A DNA stretch of 64,000 nt from positions 434,001 to 498,000 of the forward strand of contig JBNJNM010000008.1 of the NCBI GenBank assembly GCA_052426225.1, in the 5' to 3' direction. Source of the stretch: Zancudomyces culisetae HAW-14-8. Its lineage: Eukaryota; Fungi; Kickxellomycota. The position numbers and the translations under genes were made by a program. Positions 33,901 through 47,059 of this stretch are shown here, one piece after another (the first letter of the stretch is position 1; each line of letters starts with the position of its first letter). The notes under the pieces are model-generated. The model saw only the letters and a list, made by a program, of their open reading frames with translations. It did not search any database and was not told the origin of the DNA.

Positions 33901-35945
33901 CTTCAGGGTATGTTGATGGGTTGGTGTGTTGGTATGTTAGTTTGTGTATCTGGCTTTGCACTTGCACTTGTACTTATCTTGACTTTTGTATATTAGATGT
34001 TATCAGGATTTGCGCTTATATTTTTCTTTGTGCTCTCGTATTTCCTTTTGTTTCCACCTCCGTTGGTCGCAATAATCTGATCCAGGTACTATTTTTTTTA
34101 CCTTTTGATGTTTATTATTCACGCTTTTGTGTTTGAGGTAAAAGAATTAGAGATTTGTATTCAAAGGAATGAATATGAAAATCCACAAAGAATCTCGCGT
34201 TTTTTCCTAGTAAAACCAAAAAACAGCGCAAAAAAAGAGGGACAAAAAGCAGCAAAAAAAAACAAAAAAGTATAAACAACGGCTTTTTATTGGCGGAGCT
34301 CGTAAAAACAACAACCTACAAAAAAAAATTTTTTTTTCTCCAGTTCAAAATACACAACATTTTCTCTGCTAAGGCTATTTTTTCTCTTTTCACAAATATA
34401 CTAATCCAAATACTGAGTTACAGACTTCACCTGACTCCAAGAGCCAAAATGACATTACTCCTAATTAACAACCATACATTTGATAGCACTAATCTATTGT
34501 ATTGATGTGATGTGATGTGATATGCAATAGTTGGATATTTAGTGTGTATAGAATGTAAATCAGTAATTATTAAAAGGGAAGTGTAAGATGATGCGTTATA
34601 TGTCTTATTCAATAATTAGTACTCATAATATCTTGTATTCATTCCCATCCATCCGTCTGCATTTATCAAACTGTATCTAATAACACACACTTATAGCCTT
34701 GTAGAAACCCCTATTACGCTCTAAACTCATATCTACACATCCATGATGCTAGCTTGTATAAAAATCAATATAGACGTTAAATACTATATAATTTCTAGTG
34801 TATTATTTGGTATATACAGCCGATCCTATTAAAATTACCCATACTTTTTTTTAATCGAATACAACACACTGCAGCAGAATTGTGTAGTAGAATATATTAT
34901 TCTACTGTATATACACATACTAACTATGCTATCTACTTGCAGGCAGACATTCATAATAACAAACATTATAAAAACCCAACAATTCATACATGAGCCATTG
35001 TATTCTATACTCTATCCTCTACCCTCTACCCTCCACCTTATACTTTTAAACTCAATCCACTACACAATTGCTATCTTTTCGCATTTGTTAACTATTCCAC
35101 ACGTTTCCTGAACGCATAGCTCAGAGCTCCAACTTTTTCGCATTTATTTTTGGTCATCTTTATAATAAGCGGTGCATAGCATACTATGTATAAGCGGAAT
35201 TTGGTCATACAAAATGCATTTATTAGTACAAATGATACATTTTGTCATTTCCTGCGCAAGATACTGGTTTATAGTCATTAGGAAAAACGCAGGGAAAGTG
35301 GCAAGTCGATAAAAGTGTAATTCAAGGTAAGTGTGGTGAGCAGTATTTCGTCACTGGGTCTCGATGAAGTTACCAATATCACCCTTCAGCATTTTTATTT
35401 CTTTTAATGATCAGTAACAACCTTCTTTAAAGCATGTTAACCATTTTTCTAGGATCACATTTCTACCAGAATATACATTTAAAGTTGCAAACATTATTTC
35501 TCTTCATCCTCAACACTAAAGTATTTTCAAGTCATCGCAAAGCCCCCTGATTGATAATTTTTGCTTCTACCTTGGTTCACATTTTTTACTCTGGTCATAT
35601 GAACGTTGCCCCCCACCAAAATTCAAAATCTTTGTGAATATTTTTGTACTTTTAAGATCATGTTCTCATTTTTAAGCACTTCAATTTTTATAAAACCTTG
35701 TGAATAATAAAATCAAGAAATACAACATGGGTATGTAGAACAACTGAATAGCGGCGTGTGATGATTTATACTTTACTAGCTTAGGAATAGTAGGAAGTAA
35801 TGCGTTCACACTCTAAATAACTCATAATTACTCCCCTCCCGTTTGCCTGGTTTTCAACTATATAATAGCTTTTAGTTTTAACCGCTACTGTTATAACTAC
35901 TTTCATAATTTACTAGTATTACTTTTAATATATTAATTTGTATAA

Positions 35946-38900
35946 ATGTTTAATACATATATTAACACAAAAGATAATGACAGTGTTCAAACAGTTGAAC
36001 TGAATACTGATAGTTATGAAGGCAAGGCTAAGTCGGAAAATATGAGTCTGGGTTGTTTAGAGCCAAGCGAGGTGCATACTGAAAAGATAATGACCAATAA
36101 CACCTTACATCGAAACAAGTACAAGCTAACAGAAAAAGGAATCCTTGTAAAAAGATATAGCAACACTAATTCAATACCTAGGCCAAAATCATTAAGTAAA
36201 GCTTTAGACCTACGTCCACTGCAAAAGATGGACGAGGAGAAGTCAAGCGATGAGGAAGAAGAAGAAAGTCAGGGGTTTTTGGGTACAACGATAAGTTCTG
36301 TTTTTGGTACGATGCGGGGTGGAACTGGAATGTGGGTACGTAAGAAGAAAAAGTCGAAAAAAGGCAACGAAAATCCTCTTTTTACGCTTGGGTTTAGTGC
36401 CCCTTTTTACTACTATCTAAGACGGATAGAAGAGTCAAAGGAGCCTGTAGTGTTATTTAGTGCTGTAAACGTTCAAATAAAGAGAGCTCAGGGTATTGAA
36501 GATGTAAAAAGCGGGGTTGGGTTCAAAACAATAAATATATATGTGGAATATGGTGATTTGAAGTATACCGTTCACAAAAAAGTGACTGATTTTGTCAAAT
36601 TATACTCAGCAATGCGACTTCTGTGGTTCGTAGGAAAAGCACCATCTTTGCCACACTTCCCACTACAAGAAATGTACGACGTAGAACTGAAGTGGCTGAG
36701 AGGCATGCAGGATAAAGAATCTAGTATTTTGGATTTCTATACAAGTTTAGACGAATTGGTAACTGGCTTGGAAATTTTTTTGCAAAAGCTGTTGGCCAAA
36801 ATGAAAATAAAACCATCGGGAGAGCTGTGCGCGTTTCTAGAATTAAGTGCAATGTCACTACAGAAGGATCTTGGATGGAAAGGAAGGGAGGGGTATATGC
36901 ACTGGGAAACAAAGCAAAAGTTAAATGGTGTGTGCATTCCAATTAATATAAATAGAGGAAGCAAATTGCAATGGGTGGTGGTAAGAGAATCATTTGTAGC
37001 TATGTGTGATTACATCGGTTCTACAAACCCAAGTGAGGTTATATTGTTTGATTCCCAATTCAATGTGACTTACAAAGAAATGACATGGAAACCAAGGGAC
37101 AAATACCAGCTTTTAATTGAAAACAACATCAAAATAGTCAAACTATCAAGTGATAATGAGGGGTTTGTTTTAAAAATGTACGATAGTATAATAGAGGCAG
37201 TTCAGCTTGGGGGTTTTAAAAAGAAACATAGATTTGGATCATTTGCACCAGAAAGAACCGGTGTGGATGCACAATATTTTGTAGATGGTGGTGAGTATTA
37301 TTGGACGCTGTGTGATACACTAGAGGCAGCAAATGATAGTATTTACATAGCTGGATGGTGGATATCACCAGAAATATATTTGAAAAGACCATCATCTGAT
37401 CATGAAGATACAAGATTGGACAGATTGTTAAAACGAAAGGCAGAAGAGGGAGTCAAAATATACATACAGATATACAAGGAGGTGAAAGTTTCACTTCCGA
37501 TAAACTCTGCATATACCAAAAAGAAATTGGAGTCCCTGCATAGAAACATTGTGGTTCAGCGCCATCCTGATCATTACGCGGGAGGAACAGTATTCTGGAG
37601 TCATCACGAAAAAATAGTGGTTGTTGACAATAAATATGCATTTGTTGGCGGTATCGATTTATGCTTTGGTAGATGGGATAGCTTTCTACATAGAGCGAGC
37701 GATAATATGACGGGAAATGTAGATATTTCCGAGGAACTTAGAAAGTTTATTATCACCAAACAGATACACGATGGACAAGATTACTCCAATCCCAGAGTAA
37801 AAGATTTTACACAGGTACATGAATATGAAAGGACATTGGTGGATAGGAAGATGACTCCTAGGCTGCCATGGCATGACCTACATGTTGTAGTCAATGGACA
37901 GGCGGCACTCGACATAGCAAGACATTTTATTAACAGATGGAATTTTACAAAGAAAACCAAGTACATACTTCGGAAAAACATGCCTTTGATATACCCAATC
38001 AGGGAACTTTCATACCTGGATACACCAATACCTGTGAAGAGCGAGTATGTTAATAGAGCTATGAGAAATGGAAACAAAAAAGTAGGAAAATGTAAAGTAC
38101 AAGTAATTAGGTCGTCGTGTGAATGGTCTACTGGTAGTGTTAAAGAGAACTCAATACATACAGCATATTGTACACTTATAGATAATGCAAAGCATGTTGT
38201 ATATATTGAAAACCAATTTTTTGTATCAAATGCAAGCAACTCAGATTGGGTTGTTAAGAATAGAATAGCACAAGCAATGGTCAATAGAATTATTAGAGCA
38301 CATAAAGAGAAAAGCAAGTTCAAGATAATAGTATTAGTTCCGTTATACCCAGCATACACAGGAGATGTTTCATCAAATGAATCAACAACAATGAGGATAA
38401 TAATGGCCAAGCAATATCAGAGTATATGCAGGGGGCAATATAGCATCAAACACATGCTTGAAGCAGAAGGAATCAAAATGGAGGATTATATCATGTTTTA
38501 TGGATTGAGGAACTATGATGTGATAATTAGTTCCGGTGAAGGCGAGCTTAAAAATGCAGGAATTGAAATGTTAGCAGAAATAGAAACGCCTTCAATTGTA
38601 CCACCAAGTCCAGTTCTTTTATCCCAGCCTCCACCTTCACTTCCGCTTGCAGCACAATATCCGCCCTTACCCCCACCAATTGGGAAAAAGATTCAAGTCA
38701 GGCAGTTGCAAGAGACAAACAACGCTGAACAACCTCTACTCCTACTCAACAGGCACAAACCATTTACTCAATTTCTAAACAAACACAACGTCATTTCAGA
38801 GAATTATATTGCATTCAAAGCAAAAACATTTTTTAATTTTTCAAAGGGATCGCCCGAGAGTTTCCACACCAGCTCGGATAGTAGTGTAGATAAAAGTAGC

Positions 38901-39971
38901 AGTGAATCGCCAGTTGATGGGGCGGTGGGTAGCGAAGAAGGATCAGGTACTCCAGAAATAAATTTGGCGGATGTAGAGGACTACGATCGACCAAAGCGGG
39001 ATATATTCCTGAATGCTGGTGTAGAATTCAATCCAACTACACCTAGATCAAATAGCTCCATGTTGGAGGGCGTTTTACCGAAAAGTAAATCGCCACGTGG
39101 TTGGTACAAGAAAAAAAGAAGTAGGACAGCCTCTGGAAACTATTTCTTTCTGGTTAATAGCATCCTGAATGGAGAAAAAGGTACAGAGAAAGCCCCACTA
39201 GCTCTGTCCAAATCTAGATTCCAGCGCTTAAGAGATATGCCATTACATAGAAGAGGATTCAGTTTACAAGAAAAGGTGCCGGATGTGACTCAGTTGCTTG
39301 ACAATATTTCTGTTGATAAGAAACCACCCAGTTCTGTCGTCAGCTTGGTAGCAGAACAGGTTTACGTTCATGCAAAAATGATGATTGTGGATGACAAAAT
39401 AGCGGTCATTGGTTCGGCAAATATCAACGACCGTTCGATGGCCGGAAATCGTGATTCTGAAATTGCCGTAATAATTGAGGATGGTGACTGTGTAGATTCG
39501 TTTATGGATTCCCAGCCATATCAGGCAACAAGGTTTGCTCATGGCTTAAGGATGAAGTTGTGTCACGAGCATTTGGGATTGGCATTTGATGAGGAATCGT
39601 TTTATCAGAATCCCAACTTTTTCAGCCATAGTAAGGCAGTAATGGATCCATTGTCCAACGAGTTTTTGGAACTATGGGATGGGTCGGCAAGAAAAAACCA
39701 CGAAATATTCAAAAAGGTGTTCAAATGTACACCAGATGGTTCAGTCAGAACTTTTGCAGATTATAAAAAGTTTGTTCACCCTGCACATCTAAAAATACCA
39801 TATGGACATTCAGCGCTCCAACTAATTGAAACCGACAAGGAATTGTTGGAGAGGCTGGCACCAGTTAGTGGACACTTGGTTCCTTTTCCTCTAGATTTTT
39901 TGGCTGGTGAAAATTTAGAACCCAAAATCAACCAGCCTGACTATTATCTCCCCATTGATGTCTACATATAG
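35946..39971 (+). CDS. PLD1: Phospholipase D1 (PX-PH-PLD, Spo14-like)
   Basis: Two HKD motifs (HHEKIVVVD, HAKMMIVD..IGSANINDRS); HRFGSFAP; WWISPEIYL; IYIENQFF-like VYIENQFF; PRLPWHD. Confidence 0.96.
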   Translation: MFNTYINTKDNDSVQTVELNTDSYEGKAKSENMSLGCLEPSEVHTEKIMTNNTLHRNKYKLTEKGILVKRYSNTNSIPRPKSLSKALDLRPLQKMDEEKSSDEEEEESQGFLGTTISSVFGTMRGGTGMWVRKKKKSKKGNENPLFTLGFSAPFYYYLRRIEESKEPVVLFSAVNVQIKRAQGIEDVKSGVGFKTINIYVEYGDLKYTVHKKVTDFVKLYSAMRLLWFVGKAPSLPHFPLQEMYDVELKWLRGMQDKESSILDFYTSLDELVTGLEIFLQKLLAKMKIKPSGELCAFLELSAMSLQKDLGWKGREGYMHWETKQKLNGVCIPININRGSKLQWVVVRESFVAMCDYIGSTNPSEVILFDSQFNVTYKEMTWKPRDKYQLLIENNIKIVKLSSDNEGFVLKMYDSIIEAVQLGGFKKKHRFGSFAPERTGVDAQYFVDGGEYYWTLCDTLEAANDSIYIAGWWISPEIYLKRPSSDHEDTRLDRLLKRKAEEGVKIYIQIYKEVKVSLPINSAYTKKKLESLHRNIVVQRHPDHYAGGTVFWSHHEKIVVVDNKYAFVGGIDLCFGRWDSFLHRASDNMTGNVDISEELRKFIITKQIHDGQDYSNPRVKDFTQVHEYERTLVDRKMTPRLPWHDLHVVVNGQAALDIARHFINRWNFTKKTKYILRKNMPLIYPIRELSYLDTPIPVKSEYVNRAMRNGNKKVGKCKVQVIRSSCEWSTGSVKENSIHTAYCTLIDNAKHVVYIENQFFVSNASNSDWVVKNRIAQAMVNRIIRAHKEKSKFKIIVLVPLYPAYTGDVSSNESTTMRIIMAKQYQSICRGQYSIKHMLEAEGIKMEDYIMFYGLRNYDVIISSGEGELKNAGIEMLAEIETPSIVPPSPVLLSQPPPSLPLAAQYPPLPPPIGKKIQVRQLQETNNAEQPLLLLNRHKPFTQFLNKHNVISENYIAFKAKTFFNFSKGSPESFHTSSDSSVDKSSSESPVDGAVGSEEGSGTPEINLADVEDYDRPKRDIFLNAGVEFNPTTPRSNSSMLEGVLPKSKSPRGWYKKKRSRTASGNYFFLVNSILNGEKGTEKAPLALSKSRFQRLRDMPLHRRGFSLQEKVPDVTQLLDNISVDKKPPSSVVSLVAEQVYVHAKMMIVDDKIAVIGSANINDRSMAGNRDSEIAVIIEDGDCVDSFMDSQPYQATRFAHGLRMKLCHEHLGLAFDEESFYQNPNFFSHSKAVMDPLSNEFLELWDGSARKNHEIFKKVFKCTPDGSVRTFADYKKFVHPAHLKIPYGHSALQLIETDKELLERLAPVSGHLVPFPLDFLAGENLEPKINQPDYYLPIDVYI

Positions 39972-40260
39972 TTGATTTATCTCTTAAATTCAGATTTCTT
40001 ATAGTTATAATTGTTTTATGATGATCATTAAATTAGTGTTTTAGATGCTAATATACTTTTTTTTTTTGGCGAAAATTGTTACTCTTTTTTTTGTTAATTA
40101 GCTATAAAAGTCAAGAATTCTTTATTTCACTTTTATTCTGTGACTTCCGAGATCTGTCCATAAAGCTTCGTGAAATAAATATTTTGGAAAAAAATATACG
40201 TGTTTTTAGAAATCTTAGATTTTTATAAATCCTTAGTACATTATCGAAATAAATACCAAG

Positions 40261-41799
40261 ATGGAAGACAAAAGTAAAGAATCGGAAACCACATATCCTA
40301 AAGAAAAGGTATTGCCGCTAATTCTCAGGTAACTTGCAACTAAATGTGTCTACTTAAGAAAAAATAATATGGATAGGAATTTACATTCTGTTCTTTTTAC
40401 TATATAATAAAAAACGATACTTAGTTGATTAATCGTTAAATTGTTACTGAGTAGCCAATTGACGAGTTATGGATATGGAAACTTGGCAACAGTACTAGCA
40501 ACGCATACAAACACGCCTATGCGTTCGGACAAGAGCGATGAGCTTTCCAAGCTCCTATATCTTGGCGAAGAAAAAAGAAAGTATGAGGCGAAAAAGGGAG
40601 ATGGTAAAAGAGCGAGAGCAGAATCAGACTTTGAGGAGAAAGATGAGAGAGATGGGGTTGATGAATTTGAGTCTGGCGAAGAGGAAGGCGAGGAATTGTC
40701 AGATGTCGAAGAGGAGCTTTTTGGAAAATCTACGAGACAAGGAGAATCTGCACCGGACATATTTGATCGAGATGAGAAAGATTTTTCAGGTAAAAGCACG
40801 TTAATAATAGCACGGTTTGCACATACTGATGATATGAATAAGTAAGGTTTAACTTGTCTAATTACAAAAATAGAACCACCAAAAATGAAGCTGAAATTTC
40901 AAAGCACACACAAATCCTCGGCAACAACTGCGGTATTTTCCCGAAATGGAGAGTATTTTGCGACAGGTTCATCCGATTCTACGCTAAAGGTGATTTCAGT
41001 GAATAACATTCGTACTCAAAACGAAAAAAGAAAACCAGTAATTAGGACGCTTTACGACCATCGAGAAGCAATCAACAAAGTCGCTTTTCATCCAAATGGG
41101 CTGGTGTTGGCGAGTTGTTCAGAAGATTGTAGTGTAAAGTTTTTTGATTTGACACTTGCGATGGGAAAGCGATCATTTAGATTTATTAATGATAGCAGCC
41201 CAATAACAAGTATTGATTTTCATCCAACTGGGGAATTTCTTTTAGCCAGCAATGGGAATCGCGAAATAAAAATATATGATGTCAAGACGCTGAACTGTTT
41301 TGTACCAAGACAAAAGAGTGACGCCAGAAGTACACGTAGCATTCGCAGTTTGAAATACAGTAATGATGGGCGGCTGTTTTTTAGTTCGGCAGGAAGTACA
41401 GTGAGCGTTTGGGATGGAGTGAATGGAAATATTATTGAAGAAATCGATCTAAATGATACTGTAAACAAGCTGGAAATGTCAAAAAGCAACAGGTATTTGC
41501 TCGCGAGCTGCAACAAGAGCACAAAGCTAGTCGACATCTCTTCCAAAAAGACAGTTATGGAGTACAACTTTGGCTCCAAGCCCAAACAAACATTCTCGGC
41601 GTTTTCACATAATGAAAACTTTGTTTTCACAGCATCAGCTAATTCAGATACAATAATGTGCTTTAATAGCAAGACAGGGAATATGATGACTAAATATACG
41701 GGAAGTTCATACGGATTCTTGGATATTGCGGCATCACCCACTGAGAATTCTTTTGTTACTTGTTGCCAAGATAGTTTTATACATTACTGGTCCGCGTAA
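40261..41799 (+). CDS. CSTF1: Cleavage stimulation factor 50-kDa subunit; join(40261..40328,40455..40789,40874..41799)
   Basis: GT-AG introns restore one frame; N-terminal LILSQLTSYGY dimerisation motif; WD40 region with ATGSSDSTLKV and PVIRTLYDH..VAFHP..LASCS. Confidence 0.9.
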
Positions 41800-41904
41800 A
41801 TAGCCGGCCATAATTAACTTTTTTTATAATGTTATTGTTACTGTTACTTTTTTTTTATGTTTCCATGTGTGTGTGGGGGGGGGGGGGGGGCATTTGAGGA
41901 ATAC

Positions 41905-44462
41905 TCATTTTCCTATACAAAACTGTGAAAATAAACTATCCAAAACCTGCTGAGTATTTATGAGTCCTGTTATCTTGGATATACTATTTGCTGCCATTCT
42001 AAGTTCTTCTGCCGATTCTATTAGCTGACTACTATCAGATTCTATTATTGTTTTTATACAAGTATTCCCACGGTTTAGAGTGATGTAAACAGAGGTTATT
42101 GACATAAAACGAGTCAACTAACTGAAAAACGCGCGCGAGTTCGACTGGAATTATAGAATAGAAAAATATCCTACCATTAAACTTTTTCAGGTGTGCAATG
42201 CCTTCCCGAAGAATCTCTCTGTGCCTTATGTTTGCCACTATCCTGGATCCGCTGTCTGACTTTTCGATCCTAATATTCATCAATTTTGGTGATTATTTCC
42301 AAGAGTTCATCACTCTTACAATATTTAAAGACGTTTTAATTTTCAGCACTAGCTCTTCGATTTACTATCTCTTGAATTCAAATCAAAAGATGTTGACGTT
42401 GACTGCAGAAAAAAGTAAAACGGAAAACGGGATAAGTATTATTACCTCTCTTTTATCACTCTTTTAAGATCCGATGTCCATTCGTTCCAGTTGTAGCCAT
42501 TTAAACACGATATAACCCATCTGCTATCCCTTACGTCCGCATTGACCTTATCGGCCTTATTGTACAAGATGTAGCTATTATCCATTTTTAGTACTTTATT
42601 CAGTTTTTCATCATAGCTCTCCTGCCCTGCTTCAAAAACAACCAAATTGATATCAGCTCTTGTCGATAAATCCATTGCACGCTTCATGCCCTCAAGTTCA
42701 ATAGTGTCCTGCGAAAAATACAACATTGAAGATTCATCCTCCAGTTTTGGTTGACTCTGTTTACAGCCTGGTTTTGATGGTTTTTGTGTTTGAAGTTCAT
42801 GGATACCCGCTGTATCATAGAACCGCACCAAATGACCATCAATTTCGAGGCTTATTTCTAGTATATCCCTCGTGGTGCCTGCTATTTTGCTTACAATAGC
42901 CACATCTTCATTAGCCAATTTGTTTAAAATAGATGACTTTCCAACATTTGGAGGTCCCAAGATCGCAACTTTTACTCCTTCCCTAACGATTCTTTCATAA
43001 TCAGCCGTTTTAATGTGTTCTTCAATACTTTCTATTAGCCCTGCTATTTCTACTTTACCTAATATACAATTTACACAGAATTTATAAATGTCTAAACCTC
43101 AGTGTAAGCTGATGTAGAATGTATACAAATATATATGAACACATGCTGCCTTACCATCCTGAAATATTTCCCACTCGCTTTCAATGTCTTCATCGTCACC
43201 AAACTCAATAATTGCTTCGATTTGCGCCATGACTTTTATTATTCGCTCCCTCCAATCTCCATATAGTTTTCTCACCTTGCCCTTTTTTTATGTACATCAT
43301 CAAATAAATTAATTAGAACAAGAACCAGCATCACTTGACTCAGAATAAAGGCAAGAAATAAACGCAGTGAAATTCAGTTTACAAAGACCTCCAATTGTGT
43401 ATCAATGCAAGTATTTCTTGGATACACCTATAAGAGGGTTGAGATAATGGTTGCTAGAAGGGTGTTTGCATACATTACCTCTGCCTGGTGCAATGCTAGT
43501 TGTCTCTGTGTTTTCGTTTCGGCATTTATTAAATCCAAGACCCCTTCAACCTCCGTTAAATCCATTTTATTGTTGTAAAACGCTCTAAAAATCCATAAAA
43601 TTCTCTGTTTGCTTCAATATCGCCATTATCCATTGCTTATTTTTAAACTCAAATACAATATATACATATATATATAGATAAAGTAAATAACAAGACCTAC
43701 CGCAAAGTAAATTCACCAGGTTCTGCTGTTCGGACACCACTGGCAGCCGTTGATATCGATTCTAATACAGCTTTGGTCACAGCAGTTCCACCATGCGTAT
43801 GTATCTCGACCATATCTTCACCTGTATAGCTGTTCGGCTCTAAAATAATGCGCTTTAACTTTATTACGCGCTTCTTACTATAAAGTATATAGCACCAAAG
43901 TGCGTATATCCATAGAAATACTATTATTAACTATCGAACTTACTTTGAAAGTGTATGACTAGGCCAATATCAATCACCTCCTTTTCGTCTCTACTGTTCA
44001 AGATCGCCTTTTTGTATGCTTTCCGGGGTTCTAACGATACAAAGTCACCACCACCTCCCTTTTTCGTGGTACTTTTGGTTATCTTGTTTAAAATCTAAAT
44101 CGAATACAAGTCATTAAGAGTTAATAGAGTTTGGAATACTTTAGTAGTGTGAAATTTGTCTTGTTCTTCAAGTATTCACACAGTTTTTTTTAACTTTTTT
44201 CTCGGCAAAATATTCTGTGGTAAAATTTAAGAATATAAAATCCATATACAGTATAGAAAAGGCGCAGTTTACGTACATTAATGCTCTGGGTACCCGAAAC
44301 TCGAATTACTGCTATTGCTGATTTTGCAGGACTTGTTGACAGCGCATAGATTGTATCAGTGTTGGTGTACAAATTCCTTTTATCTACTAAAAACCGATTC
44401 GTTTTTGTACCATACAAAATATGTTTAAAAGAAAACCCATTTCTTAGTATTCTATAGCACAT
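41905..44462 (-). CDS. MSS1: Mitochondrial tRNA modification GTPase (MnmE/GTPBP3), ~8 exons
   Basis: [18 protein letters not shown]; [15 protein letters not shown]; AEPGEFT; GPPNVGKSS; GTTRD; DTAG; NKAD; C-terminal FCIGK; exons separated by GT-AG introns. Confidence 0.95.
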
Positions 44463-44806
44463 TTTCTTTTCTCCCTTCTCTCAATTCTGTTGTCAAGATG
44501 GTCTACTGTGTTAATTTTTCTCTTTTAATTTTCAAAGCATCAAAATCCAAATAATGAGGAGATGCTTTGTATTTGATGAATCGAAAAAAAAAAATATTCT
44601 CAATCAAATAAATGTCTCACTTTGCTTGAAGATTCGCCTAACACTCTAGAGCAAATCTTCGAGCCAGTATTAAACGAAGAGAGTGTTGGGTGAAACAGAT
44701 TAAAGTCGTTTTTATTCATTTACGAGTTAAACCACCACACAAAACACAAAACACAAAACACAATTCCAAATGAAATGACACAAATACAATATAAGTAAAC
44801 ATAGAA

Positions 44807-46903
44807 CTATAGTTTTTTTAAAAGCTTCGCAGCCTTCTCATCACCTATATCCTTAACCAATAGTAGTTTCCTGGCCTCAAGGATACGCAGCTCCGCTTCT
44901 GATTTATCTACAAGCTTCTTCAATTCTAAGAGCGGAACAATTCGTTGTTGAATCTCTTCAAAGCGATCACAGATTCCGGCAGTAGGCATCAGTGGTCGAG
45001 GCCATGCGATTCCCTGACATAAATTCACTCCTAAATGCTTGAGAACCATCTGTACCTGGTCAAGCCGGAACTTGGGAATAGTAGTGATTTTCTCGCTCCG
45101 CAAGAACGCGCCACTTGGAAGCTTCAAATCACGCTTGGGAATCTTTGCATATTTTTCAGGAGTTGTGGGTAATTTAACGACTTGGCAGTCTACAGGAACC
45201 AGAGAAGTATAACTATCAAGGTTGATCAGGTCAGACGGATTGATGGGCTTTCCATCAGGAGTTCTGAGCACGGTCGCGGCTTGTGGAGTTATTGGCGTTG
45301 TAGAAGCTGCTGAATCTGCAGATGAACCCATTTTGGATGATGATTTTAGGTGGAAGTTTGCAAGGCTTGCCAAAGCAGTAGACTCGGAAGCATTTGCTGT
45401 GGGTGTCATAGTGCCTGGTGTTTGCTTTTTCTAAATTAACGAGAATCGATAACTCATTAGTTAAAGTTAACACATTGACCATATAATAAATGATATACAA
45501 ATAAATAAATAAATAAATAAAAAAGTGGGGGTGAGAGGGAGGAGTAAATACCTCGGGAATAGGCTCTGAAGCAAATGGGTCGGCTTTGATAAAACTTGGC
45601 GGTCCATTCTCCTTGAAAAATGTAAACGATCGTAAAATATTCTCTCTTTCAGCTGCAAGAGAAAACTTGATGGCCTCAATACGCTCGAGCTGCGAAAATA
45701 GCCTGGCTTCCTCCTCAACTTCATCAAACGATCGGCTGAACAACCCTTCCAACTTGCGTTTTCGATCGAGTTCTTTTTCTTTTTCAAAAAGTGTCAGTTG
45801 AAGAGCCCGTTTTTGAGCAGCGAGGCTTGTATCGCTCTTTAAAATGTTATATTTCTTTCGTAGCACAAGGGTTTCGATCATTTTTCTAAGAACCCCATAA
45901 TATCTTGTCTTCAAATCTTCCATTGTGCGGCTACTTGACCCAAATGAGTATTGGTCGTGGATAACAATAAATCTCAAATCAAATTGCCGGCACAATGAAA
46001 ACAGATACTCGGTTTCCTCAATCGTCCAATCAGGATCTACAGTTACAGTGAGATTTATAGGGGTGGGGTGATTGTTTTTAAATTGTTTGCCGTTAATGAC
46101 AAAAATAGTTAGTATTGAGTATGAAATATCTCTTTTAGTATTATTACCTTCGAGATATTCTGCGTATTCTTCCTTTGTAAAACTTGGTATGTTTAGCTTG
46201 GAATTGTACTTTGCGTAAAAATAATCTAAAATCATTTGAAAAAAAGAAAAGGAATAAATATTTGTGTATGCACCAGCAAAACAACAAAATGATGGGAGAA
46301 TAAGAATAGTTACCATTTTGGTGTTCCTGATCCTGCTTGACCCAATGATTGAAGGTCATGTTATCTTTTCTCGCAGTGCTTTGGAATCCCTTGAAAATCC
46401 TAGTTTGTGATTTATTTTAACACTTGCTTATTTAACCGGCGTCTCCATTCTCTTCCCCAATCCAAAAATTAAAAAATCAAACTAGATGAAAGAGTGAGTT
46501 TGTAAATGAAAAATGAAAATGAGAGTGAGAATTTACCATTTTTGTGATTTTCCTTTGAATTTTGGTTTGGCCTTTACAGTCTGGATAGGAATCGACAAGT
46601 CAGAAACATTTTCTTGACTGAAAAGATTAAAAAGTTCTCTATTGATACCAGCTACAAAACAATAAGAGGATTAGCTGTAAGAAAATAAATTAAAAAAAGG
46701 AATGCTGCATCAAGTAATGTGTATAATAAAAATGAGTATGAAATCCAATTGAACCAAAGTGGGATGAGAGGAGAGAGAGGAAATGATGGTAAATAAAAGG
46801 AATTCAAAATACCTGGTTTTTTTAGTGGCTTTGTAGAAGACGTTTTACGAACAGTTTTTTTTGGAACTGGTGCTTCCAGAATCTCGTCTAGATCGTTGTC
46901 CAT
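44807..46903 (-). CDS. SWC4: SWR1/NuA4 subunit Swc4 (DMAP1), multi-exon
   Basis: GINRELFNL; ARKDNMTFNHWVK; AKYN..IPSFTKEEY; SANT domain DWTIEETEYLFSLCRQFDLRFIVIHD..RTMEDLKTRYY; C-terminal MPTAGIC. Confidence 0.9.
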
Positions 46904-47059
46904 GCTTATGTTTAATATGTAGTCTTTAATTTGATTGATAAATATACTCAAGAAATAAAATAAAGAAACAATTTATTTAAATCGCAGGCTATTTAAACGC
47001 GAAAAAAAAATAGTAGCAAAAAGAAAAAAATTAAATAAAAACTGGTTGATTAATGCAGG

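Noticed and set aside
41876-41890. Poly-G run between the convergent CSTF1 and MSS1 genes
   Set aside because: Simple homopolymer of uncertain length with no evidence of function
45255-46316. 353-aa ORF as a standalone gene
   Set aside because: It reads through SWC4 introns; only its internal exons are coding
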